Shown here: positions 52,101-64,000 of the stretch, piece by piece
Numbering within the stretch: position 1 is the stretch's first letter
How the letters are laid out: every line of letters begins with the position of its first letter
NCBI RefSeq assembly: GCF_006345805.1
Contig: NC_042998.1
Location: 14,632,001 to 14,696,000, forward strand
Direction: 5' to 3'
DNA length: 64,000 nucleotides
Origin: Octopus sinensis
Taxonomy: Eukaryota
The notes under the pieces: generated by a model
Databases searched by the model: none
Told to the model about the DNA's origin: nothing
The model's input: only the letters and a program-made list of their open reading frames with translations
Made by a program: the position numbers and the translations under genes

Positions 52101-52789
52101 TTCTGTAAATTTACTCTCTTCGTTATATATGCAATAAAGAAAATGTTGCTATGCTCATCAGCCCTGTCAGTTTGATCTTGGGAATGCGTGCGGGTATTTA
52201 ATGCGATATGAACAGAATCTTTATGAACAGAATCTATAATTGGTAATTAATAGGATAAATAGTCAGGTCATTGGAAGTTTTTCTTCCGACATCTCACCTG
52301 TCTAGCTTATCCTTAAAATCTCTTGTATTGTCAGTACTAAGTGTTAGTTTGTGTCTAAGGTCCTCATAATGGAACATAGAATCGGTGTTACCGCATTTTT
52401 TAAAGTATATCATTATAATAGACGGCATTGGGTAACGTGCCGCAGTGACGGACCGAACCACAAAACTCGTAATTGTAAAGCAAACCTCTTACCCAAAGAC
52501 CCATGCTTGCGTATGCATGTGTATGGGAGTTGTATATGTATATATATTATACATACGCGCGCGCACACACTACCACTACCGAGGTTCTGCTCCCTATTAA
52601 ACATATGTAGCCCAGACCTTTTTCCCTCCATTCCTTATATATATATATATATACATATACATGTATGTATATATATATATATATTCATGTATATATATAC
52701 ATATATACATACATACATATATTCATATATATATATATATATATATATACATACATACATATATACATACATACATACATACATACATA

Positions 52790-53049
52790 CATGTTCGTTC
52801 GTTCGTCCTTCGGTTCGAAGATGACCAACTGACTTCATCTGATGGAACTGCCGCCATGAGACCGGAGGTGGCTGGTGAGGCCAATCCGGGCAAGGAAGCC
52901 CCTCCCACAGGTGGGGCAGAAGTGGGTAGGGGCAGTGCTACTGGTGCAGGCGGCTCTGACTTTACGCATCTGACGTTTCTGCTCCGCTGACCGCGAATCC
53001 GTCCCTCCTCGGCTGTCCCTGCTCCCACGGTGATTGCGCTGCGCCAGGA

Positions 53050-53050
<1 letters not shown>
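52790..53050 (-). mobile_element. 3' end of RTE-clade LINE
   Basis: C-terminal C2H2-like [21 protein letters not shown] (ORF 52835..53071), short 3' UTR, (GAAC)n tail. Confidence 0.85.
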
Positions 53051-53080
<30 letters not shown>

Positions 53081-53194
53081 ACATAGATTAATATATATAT
53101 ATTATAGATATATATATATATATATAATATATATATATATATAGATATATATATATATATATTATTATAATTATATATATATATATATATACAG

Positions 53195-53238
<44 letters not shown>

Positions 53239-53300
53239 GTATATAGATATAATATATTATATATATATAATATATGTATATATATATATAATATATATAC

Positions 53301-53382
<82 letters not shown>

Positions 53383-54149
53383 GTATATATATATACATAT
53401 ATATACATATATATATATATATTATATATATATTACATGCATACATGCATACATGCATATTTCATATATATATATATATACACACAGACGTACATACATA
53501 TTTATATAAATATGTACGCTTCCAAAGCATGCTTTGTATTTAGCTTGATGGTTTTAGAATATTTTAGATTATGGTTTCTCGAAAAAAATAATTATCCCAC
53601 GTTATTACGTTTAAAATATAAAAGCAATTTAACCAGTCGTTATTATTTTCCATTTCGTTACTTTGTTGTTGTTTTTTTTTCCCAGTTTTTTTTCTATAGA
53701 TACAAGTTCTCTGCCCCATTCTTATAGATTATTTCCAATTTTCCATTACGCATGCATATTTTCAAAACATAAGCATCATAATACATTATGTGACCGAAAA
53801 TATTTGAAAAACTCTATTCATGATTGTTTTGTTGTGTGCGTGATGGATACACTTCCAAGTGATTTAAATATAGAACGCACTCGCTCTGTTATTTTTAAAA
53901 TCCGCCCATTCAGAATATAACGAACAATTATATCACCCACGATATTAAAAAGAAAAGTTAACCTGATGAATATAAAACTCCAAACCAAATGACACATACA
54001 TAAACGTAATGGTTGGCCAATGCCACATTACATAAGACAAAATTTTACATTACTTTTATGTTATACTTTGTTATTCTGCAATTCGTTCATTCTATTAAAT
54101 ACACACACACACACATACATACATACATACAACATACAACATACATACA

Positions 54150-54185
<36 letters not shown>

Positions 54186-54220
54186 TGTATAGATATATAT
54201 ATATATATATAGATATATAT

Positions 54221-54271
<51 letters not shown>

Positions 54272-54457
54272 GCATGCATAATAATCATATTATCCCTATT
54301 TCAATAAATGATTTTTTAAAATAGCTTTGTATGTTTTACATTAATAATATCATTGAATATCACTGAAAATAATTCTCTCTCGGTTTTACAGGATTTCATC
54401 GTGTTCGGTAACTGGCAGAGGCAACCCGTGTAAACTGCTTGATAACATCTACACATT

Positions 54458-54538
<81 letters not shown>

Positions 54539-54548
54539 AATATATATA

Positions 54549-54781
54549 TATTTCTTTACTACCCACAAGGGGCTAAACACAGAGGGGACAAACAAGGACA
54601 GACAAACAGATTAAGTCGATTATATCGACCCCAGTGCGTAACTGGTACTTAATTTATCGACCCCGAAAGGATGAAAGGCAAAGTCGACCTCGGCGGAATT
54701 TGAACTCAGAACGTAACGGCAGACGAAATACGGATACGCATTTCGCCCGACGTGCTAACGTTTCTGCCAGCTCACCGCCTT
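54549..54781 (-). mobile_element. SINE family B (tail type 1)
   Basis: Full head, core and tail. Probable TSD gaaatatata. Tail end lies next to (TA)n/(GATA)n. Confidence 0.92.
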
Positions 54782-54802
54782 GAAATATATAAACGTGTAT
54801 AT

Positions 54803-55077
54803 ATCACCTTCGCCTTGATCACCTTGATCACTTTGACCGACCAGTCCGTCAGGCGTCCATTTGACACCGCTGGTCACAGCACGCTGTCCACTCCTCTCTG
54901 GATCGCGACTTTCTCATCCACGTGATCCCAATCGTCCTCCTGAAATCGTAACTCCACTGTCCTGGAGGTCTTCCGGGTGGTCTTTTCCGCTCGCGCTAGT
55001 ACCACTCGACAAATGTGTGCGTCCACCGATTATCGGTGAGCCGGGCGACGTGTCCAGCCCATCTATACTTTATATGC
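54803..55077 (-). mobile_element. 3' end of a second RTE-clade LINE family
   Basis: Minus strand translates KYRWAGHVARLTDNRWT..W..RERKRPPGRPPGQW. Short tandem gtgatcaag tail. Confidence 0.82.
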
Positions 55078-55084
55078 AGTGATA

Positions 55085-55485
55085 TATATATATATGGAAG
55101 ATACTGGAAGGACTGGTGGCAAACTTTGGAATAAAGAGCTATACCCGACTACGAACCGGACGCCATTGTGCTGTCCCCATTGTGCCGACTTCTTCATCTC
55201 GGGCAAGGACGATGTACTGCAATAGTTTGGGTTTCAATGACCCACAGCTGTTTAACTGTCTGCCGAACCATTTGAGGAGCCTCTATGGAGTGAATGTAGA
55301 TGTTTTAAAACGTGAACTTGACCTCTAACTTGATATCTAAGCAAGGAACTCAAAAGAGAGCAGTAGCATCGAACTCCGTCCTTCACCAGAAGCTGCTCCG
55401 ACAAAGGTAGAAAGTGGAAAGATGATTACAATGGCAGTGCTCCAGCATGGCCACAGTCATTGAACTGAAACATATAAGAGAATAT
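55085..55485 (+). mobile_element. 3' end of CR1/L2-group LINE
   Basis: IYIWKILEGLVANFG..RTGRHC..NSLGFNDPQLFNCLPNHLR..VDVLKRELDL, followed by a 3' UTR ending ccagcatggccacagtca..ctgaaaca. Confidence 0.75.
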
Positions 55486-55647
55486 GAAAATATATACATA
55501 TATATATAATATATATATATATATATAGCATTCTGCATTTAAAAAAAATTTTTCCTTACTATATATATATATATATATATTTCGTCTGCCGCTACGTTCT
55601 GATCTCAAATTCCGCCGAGGTCGACTTTGCCTTTAATCCTTTCGGGT

Positions 55648-55741
<94 letters not shown>

Positions 55742-55769
55742 CATAAATATGAACAGGGAAAATAATGAT

Positions 55770-56180
55770 GCTGCATTACTGGTATCGTAGCTTAATTCTA
55801 ATGGTGATACAGCCGAGAGAGGCAGGGCACCTGGTTCAGAAGAATGTTGATAGGCTCCCCAGTCAGTTTTTCTATGATGAGCTCTGGAAAAAGCAAACTT
55901 CCCCGTAGGTTGCCCCTTCTAACTTTGTAAAGATAAGTTTAAGGATAACTTTAAGTGCTGAAATATCGATTTCGACTCTTGGGTCGACCTTACAGAAAAG
56001 TGTTTTGAATTGAGCAAACAAAAAAAATCGTGATCAACTTCATGCGGATCTTAAGCAGATGCACCAAGAACTTGCTTCAAATGATTTCAGTTTTGATTAT
56101 CGTAGATTCGGAATATGCAACAAAACAGGGTTCGCTTTGCAGCAATGTTGGTGTCTAGACACACTTAGTTGCATTTTGTG
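55770..56180 (+). mobile_element. Highly decayed RTE 3' remnant
   Basis: Residual RLPSQFFYDEL and KDKFKDNFK peptides. Confidence 0.5.
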
Positions 56181-56789
56181 ACGCTCGAACGTGTGTGTGT
56201 GTGTGTGTTTGCGCACGTGAGGGTGTGGGGCTGTGCGTATATGTGTATGGATGGATGAATGGGTGGATGTATATACAGGGTGGTCGGGCTTAATTTGACG
56301 ATGTTTTTTATATTTTTTCTTTCCAGGATCAGCTTGTTGTGGTGAGTAAGTCTATGGCGTTAAAGAGTATGGAAATTAAAGTTATACTTGAGAAAAAATT
56401 AGTTGAGATGGAGAACTGGAAGCCATCTGAATATTGGAAAGGTGATACCCTGCATCATGATGATTCGCACCAGGTGTCAAAAATGCCTATATCATGATTA
56501 CTGCTCAATACTCTATGAACACTATAAAGGCTGTAGGACGTGACATGGATAGCCACAACAGAGACTATGGCGCCCTGGCCAGCAGGAAGGGACACGGCAA
56601 GCGTTCTGACTTCGTCTGCATGTCTGAATTCGTCTGGCAACAGATGAACAGGGCTATAGTCTCAGTTCAGACACTTATGTGGAGCTGCTGGAAACTGTAG
56701 TCAATCCCTGATTTGGAAGGATTGCTTCTGGAAGTTCATATGTGTGGCAACAATATTTGCTTTCTGGCCATACCTCCAGGAAATGCCAA

Positions 56790-57243
56790 TGCTAGCACGC
56801 CGGATGAAATGCTTAGCCGTATATCGTCTGCCGCTACGTTCTGAGTTCAAATTCCGCCGAGGTCGACTTTGCCTTTCATCCTTTCGGGTTCGATATAATC
56901 GACTTAATCCGTGTGTCTGTCCTTGTTTCTCCTCTCTGTGTTTAGCCCCTTGTGGGTAGTAAAGAAATAAGTATTTCGTCTGCCGTTACGTTCTGAGTTC
57001 AAATTCCGCCGAGCTCGACTTTGCCTTTCATCCTTTCGGGGTCGATTAAATAAGTACCAGTTACGCACTGGGGTCGATATAATCGACTTAATCCGTTTGT
57101 CTGTCCTTGTTTCTCCTCTCTGTGTTTAGCCCCTTGTGGGTAGTAAAGAAATAAGTATTTCGTCTGCCGTTACGTTCTGAGTTCAAATTCCGCCGAGCTC
57201 GACTTTGCCTTTCATTCTTTCGGGGTCGATAAATTAAGTACCA
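56790..57243 (+). mobile_element. Tandem SINE B trimer (tail type 1)
   Basis: Three consecutive cores. Junction gtaaagaaataa|gtatttcgtctgccg at ~56970 and ~57154. Confidence 0.9.
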
Positions 57244-57410
57244 ATAGCTTTTCTTTCCACGGATAAGCCTAATCCGTGGAAAGGCTTATCCTCGGAAAGA
57301 AAAACCTAGGAAAATCCACGGTAACCTCGGGCAATGAAATACAAATGTACATTAGAGTGAAATACACTCGTTCTCTTTCTCATAGACAGACAGACAGACA
57401 GACATATACG

Positions 57411-57612
<202 letters not shown>

Positions 57613-59247
57613 CTACTATTTTTTTAATACACCATTCTTCAGAATGGAAGGGATTCCAATACAAGTTGTTTCTCTTTCTAATAACGTTTTATATAAGCAT
57701 TCTTTATCTTCTGTACCCTGCTGGAAAATTCCATTTTGGCAAGTGCATAGTTAAACAGTATAATGTCGAATAACAGGGTTTTCGTGCATGCGGACGCATA
57801 TACATACTCGTACATAAACACACACACATATATATATATATATGTATAAAGAAACACAAATTTTACCAGATCCAGGCATATTAATAAATACCTTCTAGCT
57901 AATTTTAATCGAACGAAGGAACATGATTAAGCATATAATATTTGCTGTTGATCTATCGTTAACCTCACAGTTCACCGAACTCTCATATATCAAATTTTAT
58001 ATTACACACCTTCGCACGTATATGTTAGTGATTCTCACTAAAATCAATATGTCACAAAACATATATTATTATTGACACATAGATCTAAAAAAAATACCCT
58101 TTTTCTTTCTATATCGCCGTGCAAAATATGCTATATATCATATCCATATACGTTTGCATATCTCAATACGGACATGCACATATACATATATTGGATATTC
58201 GTTAAATACGATCATAAACATTAACTTACCTTCAAATATTTTTTCCTGTTTTTATGGATTTGGGATAATATGAACTCTACCATCTAACGGATAATTCCGG
58301 AGCATTTGAATATTTCGCCATTATATCTTTTATATTTCTTTCGTCTCACTGTTTCAATACCAAACTTTCTCAGGTCTAATAACCAGTTATTTATATATTA
58401 AATATTTGCTCTATAACACATTATGAATCTCCATTGCACTCTTTCTTATGATTTTTTCATGAATAAATATAGTATATTACGCAGCTATTCTTTTTTTTTT
58501 ATTTTCATAAAGTTTAGCGCACAATCCGTACATTTGGTGCAGAAAATCCGGTTTGATATAGTATGAAAAATTATTAGATATCTGATATGCGCTAAATTAC
58601 CATTTTAACATAGAATACCCCTTCGATTTTGACAAATTCTTATAGATTTTAGTTAATATGGACCTATCCCAGCTAACGGAAGTGTCAAGGCAATTCAATA
58701 ATTTCGCATCAAATATTTTAAATGACTCGATATTGCATATTACTTAAATGTGGTCTTTCGTTGAAATCTTTTCAAATTCATGGGATTATTTTATTTTTTC
58801 TTCATTTTTTTTTCAGAATATCAATTTTAGAAGCTAAAGAATAAATCCAGAAAACCTTAATATTTAGAAATTATATGTTTCTTGTCACACGAATGACATC
58901 CCTATTTCAATACGGCTTTTGAAGATCTGTGAACCGGTTATCCACACGCGCCACCCGAAGCACAATTTCATACCCACATACGCGTGCGCACATGCACACA
59001 CACTTACACATACATACACACACATACATATGTATAAGTTGTATATTTTTACGAGCGCACACGCAAATATATTGGATATAGAAAGCTGTATGGACAGACA
59101 GACAGGCAGACAGATAAATAAGTAGATAGATAGACACACACAGACAAAAACACACAGAAATACAGACAGACAGACAGATAGTCAAGCAGACTGACTGACA
59201 GAGAGGCACATAGACATATACACAGACACACGGACAGACAGACAGAC

Positions 59248-59332
<85 letters not shown>

Positions 59333-59333
<1 letters not shown>

Positions 59334-59740
59334 GCGCAGGAGTGGCTGTGTGGTAAGTAGCTTGCTAACCAACCACATGGTTCCGGGTTCAGTCCCACTG
59401 CGTGGCATCTTGGGCAAGTGTCTTCGGGCCGACCAATGCCTTGTGAGTGGATTTGGTAGACGGAAACTGAAAGAAACCTGTCGTATATATGTATATATAA
59501 ATATGTGTGTATGTATGTATGTGTTTGTGTGTCTGCGTTTGTCCCCCTAGCATTGCTTGACAACCGATGCTGGTGTGTTTACGTCCCCGTCACTTAGCGG
59601 TTCGGCAAAAGAGACCGATAGAATAAGTACTGGGCTTACAAACAATAAGTCCCGGGATTGATTTGCTCGACTAAAGGCGGTGTTCCAGCATGGCCGCAGT
59701 CAAATGACTGAAACAAGTTAAAAGAGTAAGAGTAAAGAGT
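59333..59740 (+). mobile_element. SINE family A, full length, inserted in (GATA)n
   Basis: Complete head to tail, with (GATA)n on both sides. Confidence 0.92.
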
Positions 59741-59872
<132 letters not shown>

Positions 59873-60542
59873 CAGGAAAAGTGTCACAGTTTGCATATAA
59901 CCGAGTATTGTTACATCCTGTTAAAGGATCGAGTCATCGTTGACTAAGTCACCTCTCATACAAGGCTCGTCGGTTAGGAGTGTTGCTAGAATAACAGCTG
60001 GACAAAAGCAAGACTTGTCAAAAATATTAGCTGAATCCAGTATATTTTAGCTGACTATTGTTCATATCCGAGATGATAGAAGTACATAGAAAAAAATGCT
60101 TGGGAAATGATGAATATCCTAATATCTGTGAGTAAATCTCTCTAAAAGGAAGCGACTGATTCAGAACCTGAGATTCGTTCAGTCGTCTGGTTGTTCCAAT
60201 CAACATTGGCTTCCGAGAGGAAGCGTTGTTCTGTCTGAAAAGCTAACGTACTTCTATCTCCGCCTCACACACTTATAATCAATTACTTTCACAGGAAATT
60301 CTCAGAGTCACAAGCAAACTGACCTAACAGATGTGATCGCCATCTTTGTAGCAGTCGCTGTATCATGAACGTGTAGAACAATGAAATGCCGCCGCTGTTT
60401 TCTGTAGGTCCTTCGCTTTTTGAAAAAGTGCCGTTGGTGTCTGAAAATTGGTCACACATTGATATGAGTTGACTACACACACACAAATACGTATTCGTGC
60501 AGATACATTCAAACACATGCACCTACATGCACATTTACTCAT

Positions 60543-60945
60543 TTACTTGTTTTCAGTCATTTGACTGCGGCCATGCTGGGGCACAGCCTTTAATCGAGCA
60601 AATCGACCCCAGGACTTATTCTTTGGAACCCTAGTACTTATTCTATCGGTCTCTTTTGCCGAACTGCTAGCTAAGTTACGGGGACGTAAACACACCACGA
60701 TCGGTTGTCAAGCGATGTTGAGGGGGGGGACAAATACAGGCACACAAACATATACACACACATACATATATATACACATATACGACGGACTTCTTTCAGT
60801 TTCCGCCTACCAAATCCTCTCACAAGACTTTGGTCGGCCCGAGGCTATAGTAGAAGACACTTGCCCAAGGTTCCATGTAGTGGGAATGAATCCGGAACCA
60901 TGTGGTTGGTAAGCAAGCTACTTACCACACAGACACTCCTGCGCC
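60543..60945 (-). mobile_element. SINE family A, full length
   Basis: Reverse complement of the 59333 copy. Confidence 0.9.
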
Positions 60946-61164
60946 TATGTGTAACAAAAATTAAACTTATTTACCTAAGATTTAGCATCATCTCCTACGA
61001 AATAGTCACCTTCGTACCCATTATCCCTACCTTATTAGACCCTTTACGTAACTAGATCCGGTCGCTCTCGCCGAATACCCTACCTTAAACGCTTCAAAAC
61101 GTTGCATTAGAACTCTCGATTGACGGTGTGAACGTAGGGGACGATTTCTCGATGCTCAATACCA

Positions 61165-61561
61165 CATTCCCGTGTGTAAGACTTGTGGCACGTCTTCTAG
61201 ATCCTTTATCGTCTTCCAGGGACGTTAATCCACTTTTGAAACACCCATGCCACTCGAAACATCGTGTACGAATCGCTGCCTTGTCGCCATAAGCTTGCCG
61301 AAGCATGCTCAACGTCTCTATAACAGACTTCCCAAGTTTTCACGTTGGCTCTTTGTTCCTGTCCATGACAAATATCACAGGTTACAGTATACGCGTGAAC
61401 ACAAAACCACAAATTTCGCAACTTGCGAAGTAAATGCAGCGATGTCACTGGGCACACATCGTCATGAAAGTTACTGTAAGCTTCCACAACGCACGCGACC
61501 GCGTGCTGCCATCGGTTGGCGCGCTACAGGACTAGTCCGCGAACTTTTTGATACTACCTCG
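61165..61561 (-). mobile_element. 5' fragment of a second mariner family
   Basis: TIR-like cgaggtagtatcaaaaagttcgcggac. HTH-region peptide MLRQAYGDKA..RTRCFEWH..FKSG.TSLEDD (ORF 61094..61312). Confidence 0.8.
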
Positions 61562-61794
61562 TGTGTGTGTGTATGTATGTGTGTGTGTGTATATATGTGT
61601 GCGTGTGTATATATGTGTGCGTGTGTATATATGTGTGTGTGTGTGTATATGTGTGCGTGTGTATGTGTGTGTGCGTGTGTATGTGTGTGTATATATGTGT
61701 GTGCGTGTGTGTGTATATATATGTGTGTATGTGTGCGTGTGTGCGTGTGTGTGTGTGTGTGTAAGGCGTGAAAGTATGTATGTGGCTGATAAAT

Positions 61795-61957
61795 GTAGGA
61801 GTGGCTGTGTGGTAAGTAGCTTGCTTACGAACCACATGGTCCCAGGTTCAATTCCACTGCGTGCCACCTTGGGCAAGTGTCTTCTACTGTAGCCTCGGGC
61901 CGACCAAAGCCTTGTAAGTGGATTTGGTAGACGGAAACTGAAAGACGCCCGCCGTAT
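61795..61957 (+). mobile_element. SINE family A, 5' half
   Basis: ggagtggctgtgtggtaagtagc..gaaagacgcccgccgtat. Confidence 0.85.
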
Positions 61958-62116
61958 TTATGTGTGTATATATATATATATCTTGGTCAGTCAGTGGGAG
62001 GACTTCACTACCTCATATGTTCTTAAAATTTAAATCCACATCTTTGTCTATATATCTACCTTCTCTATAATGTTGCCACTTGATTTGAAAACTTTTGTAT
62101 TAATGGAAAACCTCTA

Positions 62117-62209
62117 TAATTGGCTGATGAGTACTCAGCATCTTAAATCTGTTGTAATACTTTCAACATTTAATAAAATGGTGTAGTGCGAAACGATTGT
62201 ACCAAATTA
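62117..62209 (+). ncRNA. Type I hammerhead ribozyme motif with intact core and long loop II
   Basis: taattgg-CTGATGA(62124-62130)-gtact..49 nt..agtgc-GAAAC-gatt-GTA-ccaa(a)tta. Confidence 0.65.
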
Positions 62210-62238
62210 CCGGAGTCATTCTTGTTGCTTATTTTGAG

Positions 62239-62287
<49 letters not shown>

Positions 62288-62332
62288 CAAAATTGTGGGT
62301 TGCATTTACAACCCCTCTCTCAATATATATAT

Positions 62333-62386
<54 letters not shown>

Positions 62387-63134
62387 TGCATATATACACA
62401 CACAGTCGTGTTGTGTATACACGAGTGTGTGATCTACTGCCAGTTTACCATGCGCATCTCCCAACGAAAATAAACAATATACCGATGCGAGATAAAGAAT
62501 ACTTAGATAAAACTACCATTCGGGAACAAAAAAAAATGTCTTTACTCAAATCACATCCCAGTAAAGAATGCTCTGTTTAGCATGGAAGCTAGTCATAAAA
62601 AAAGAGTAGCAATATCTATGTATTGTACAATAAATATATTTACTCTACACATCGTATTTGTAAATGGTTGCACCCACAAAATTTCTTGTTCTTATTTGTA
62701 TGGCCGTTTAGAAATTACATATGTGCATCTGCGTGAGTGTGAGTGTATGCATGGGTCTGTGTGCGCGTATCTGTGTCTGTGTGTGTGTAGTGTGTATATT
62801 TGTGAACTTATTATTCCGTCTATATAAGTATAAAATATACCACTAAGATGAGGTAAAAGAATAACGAATACGGCGTATTATTTGATGTGAGTGTGTGTGC
62901 ATTATGTGTGTGAGAGTAGATAGATAGATAGATAGATAATGTATAGGTACATACATACATACTTACATTCATTCATACATACATACATACATACATACAT
63001 ACATACATGCATACATACATACATTTATACATACATACATATATACATACATACATACATACATACATGGATGGATGGATGGATGGATGGATGGATGGAT
63101 AGATAGATAGATAGATGGATAGATAGATACATAT

Positions 63135-63222
<88 letters not shown>

Positions 63223-63240
63223 AGATAGATAGATATATAA

Positions 63241-63277
<37 letters not shown>

Positions 63278-63279
<2 letters not shown>

Positions 63280-63347
63280 TTTCTTTATTAGCCACACAGG
63301 GCTGCACACAGATAGAACATTACAAGGTAGAGCTTTTCTTTTGAAGG

Positions 63348-63384
<37 letters not shown>

Positions 63385-64000
63385 AAGGGGAGGTTCGATC
63401 AAAAGGGGTCGTAAAAGGAGAGAAAGAGGACAAAAAAAAAGGGGGGTAAAAAAAAAAAAAAAAAAAAGGGGGAGAGGAAAAAAAAAAAAAAAAAAAAAAA
63501 AATGATCAATAGGGATCGTTATCACAGAATGTCAATATGAAGTGTAAAGGGGAGGACAGGTGAGGTTTACCCGTGGAAAGAAAAGCCTACGGAAAAGACC
63601 ACGGTAACCTCGGTCAATGAAGTCACATTTTATATTTCTTTTTTTTTTTTTTTTTTGGCAATAATAACTCTCTGTTTTCGATTTCTGGGTTCATAGGACT
63701 ATGCTCAAGGTGGCTTCGTCATTCATACGTGCCATTCTTGCAACATTCACCCATCTTTTTTAAAACATTCGCTAGACAAAACTTGCCTCTCTACTCTCAC
63801 TTTCCTTTTCAAGTGGTACTTGAAGAAGTTGATGAGAGATTGACCAGAGAGGAAAGTGTTTTTCTCCAATCCTTTCAGACGCGTCCACCAGATACATTCT
63901 TTCGCCATAGCCACAAGGATGATGAAAATAGCTCTTCCTTCCCGTTTGAAGGAAGGAGCGTGACAATATGGACGATAGACTCAGCTGATAAACCGACTCG
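63278..64000 (-). mobile_element. 3' end of a second Tx1-clade family abutting (GATA)n (continues beyond window)
   Basis: Minus strand encodes AIFIILVAMAKECIWWTRLKGLEKNTFLSGQSLINFFKYHLKRKVRVER..RWVNVAR (stop at 63691-63693), homologous to ORF 2411..2755. Ends gtggctAATAAAgaaata then (TCTA)n. Confidence 0.9.

Noticed and set aside
53955-54018. CTGATGA following a possible Penelope remnant (53530-53950)
   Set aside because: There is no GAAA, no clear stem II and no UH triplet, and the PLE homology is too weak to call by eye.
56272-56760. Tc1/mariner-type element starting TA-CAGGGTGG
   Set aside because: I found no matching second TIR or clear transposase motif.
58100-58900. Possible ancient Penelope RT remnant
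   Set aside because: No catalytic motif was recoverable by eye; a translated profile search is needed.

Overview
AT-rich, microsatellite-saturated eukaryotic DNA, probably intronic or intergenic. The SINE families and repeat density suggest an Octopus (coleoid cephalopod) genome, which is my inference. I found no convincing host protein-coding exon; almost all listed ORFs are microsatellite artefacts or transposon fragments. Contents: (1) a head-to-tail tandem of ~5.85-kb Tx1/L1-clade LINEs embedded in (TAA)n, plus two other Tx1 3' fragments; (2) R4/Dong-like, RTE, CR1-like and Penelope remnants; (3) a full-length decayed mariner, a Helitron, a hAT MITE and a 249-bp fold-back element with TGT..ACA ends and a 5-bp TSD; (4) about 25 copies or fragments of tRNA-derived SINEs; (5) a ~2.07-kb 15-bp minisatellite and a 100-N gap. 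Main observations: at least five unrelated sequence contexts carry minimal type I hammerhead ribozyme motifs, and one family appears to combine a tRNA-like head, an (AAT)n linker and a hammerhead module. Two SINE-LINE 3'-tail matches can be read within the window (SINE B with Tx1, SINE A with a CR1-like LINE). SINE B has swappable tails and forms multimers at a fixed junction. All alignments and folds were done by eye, so boundaries without TSDs are approximate.
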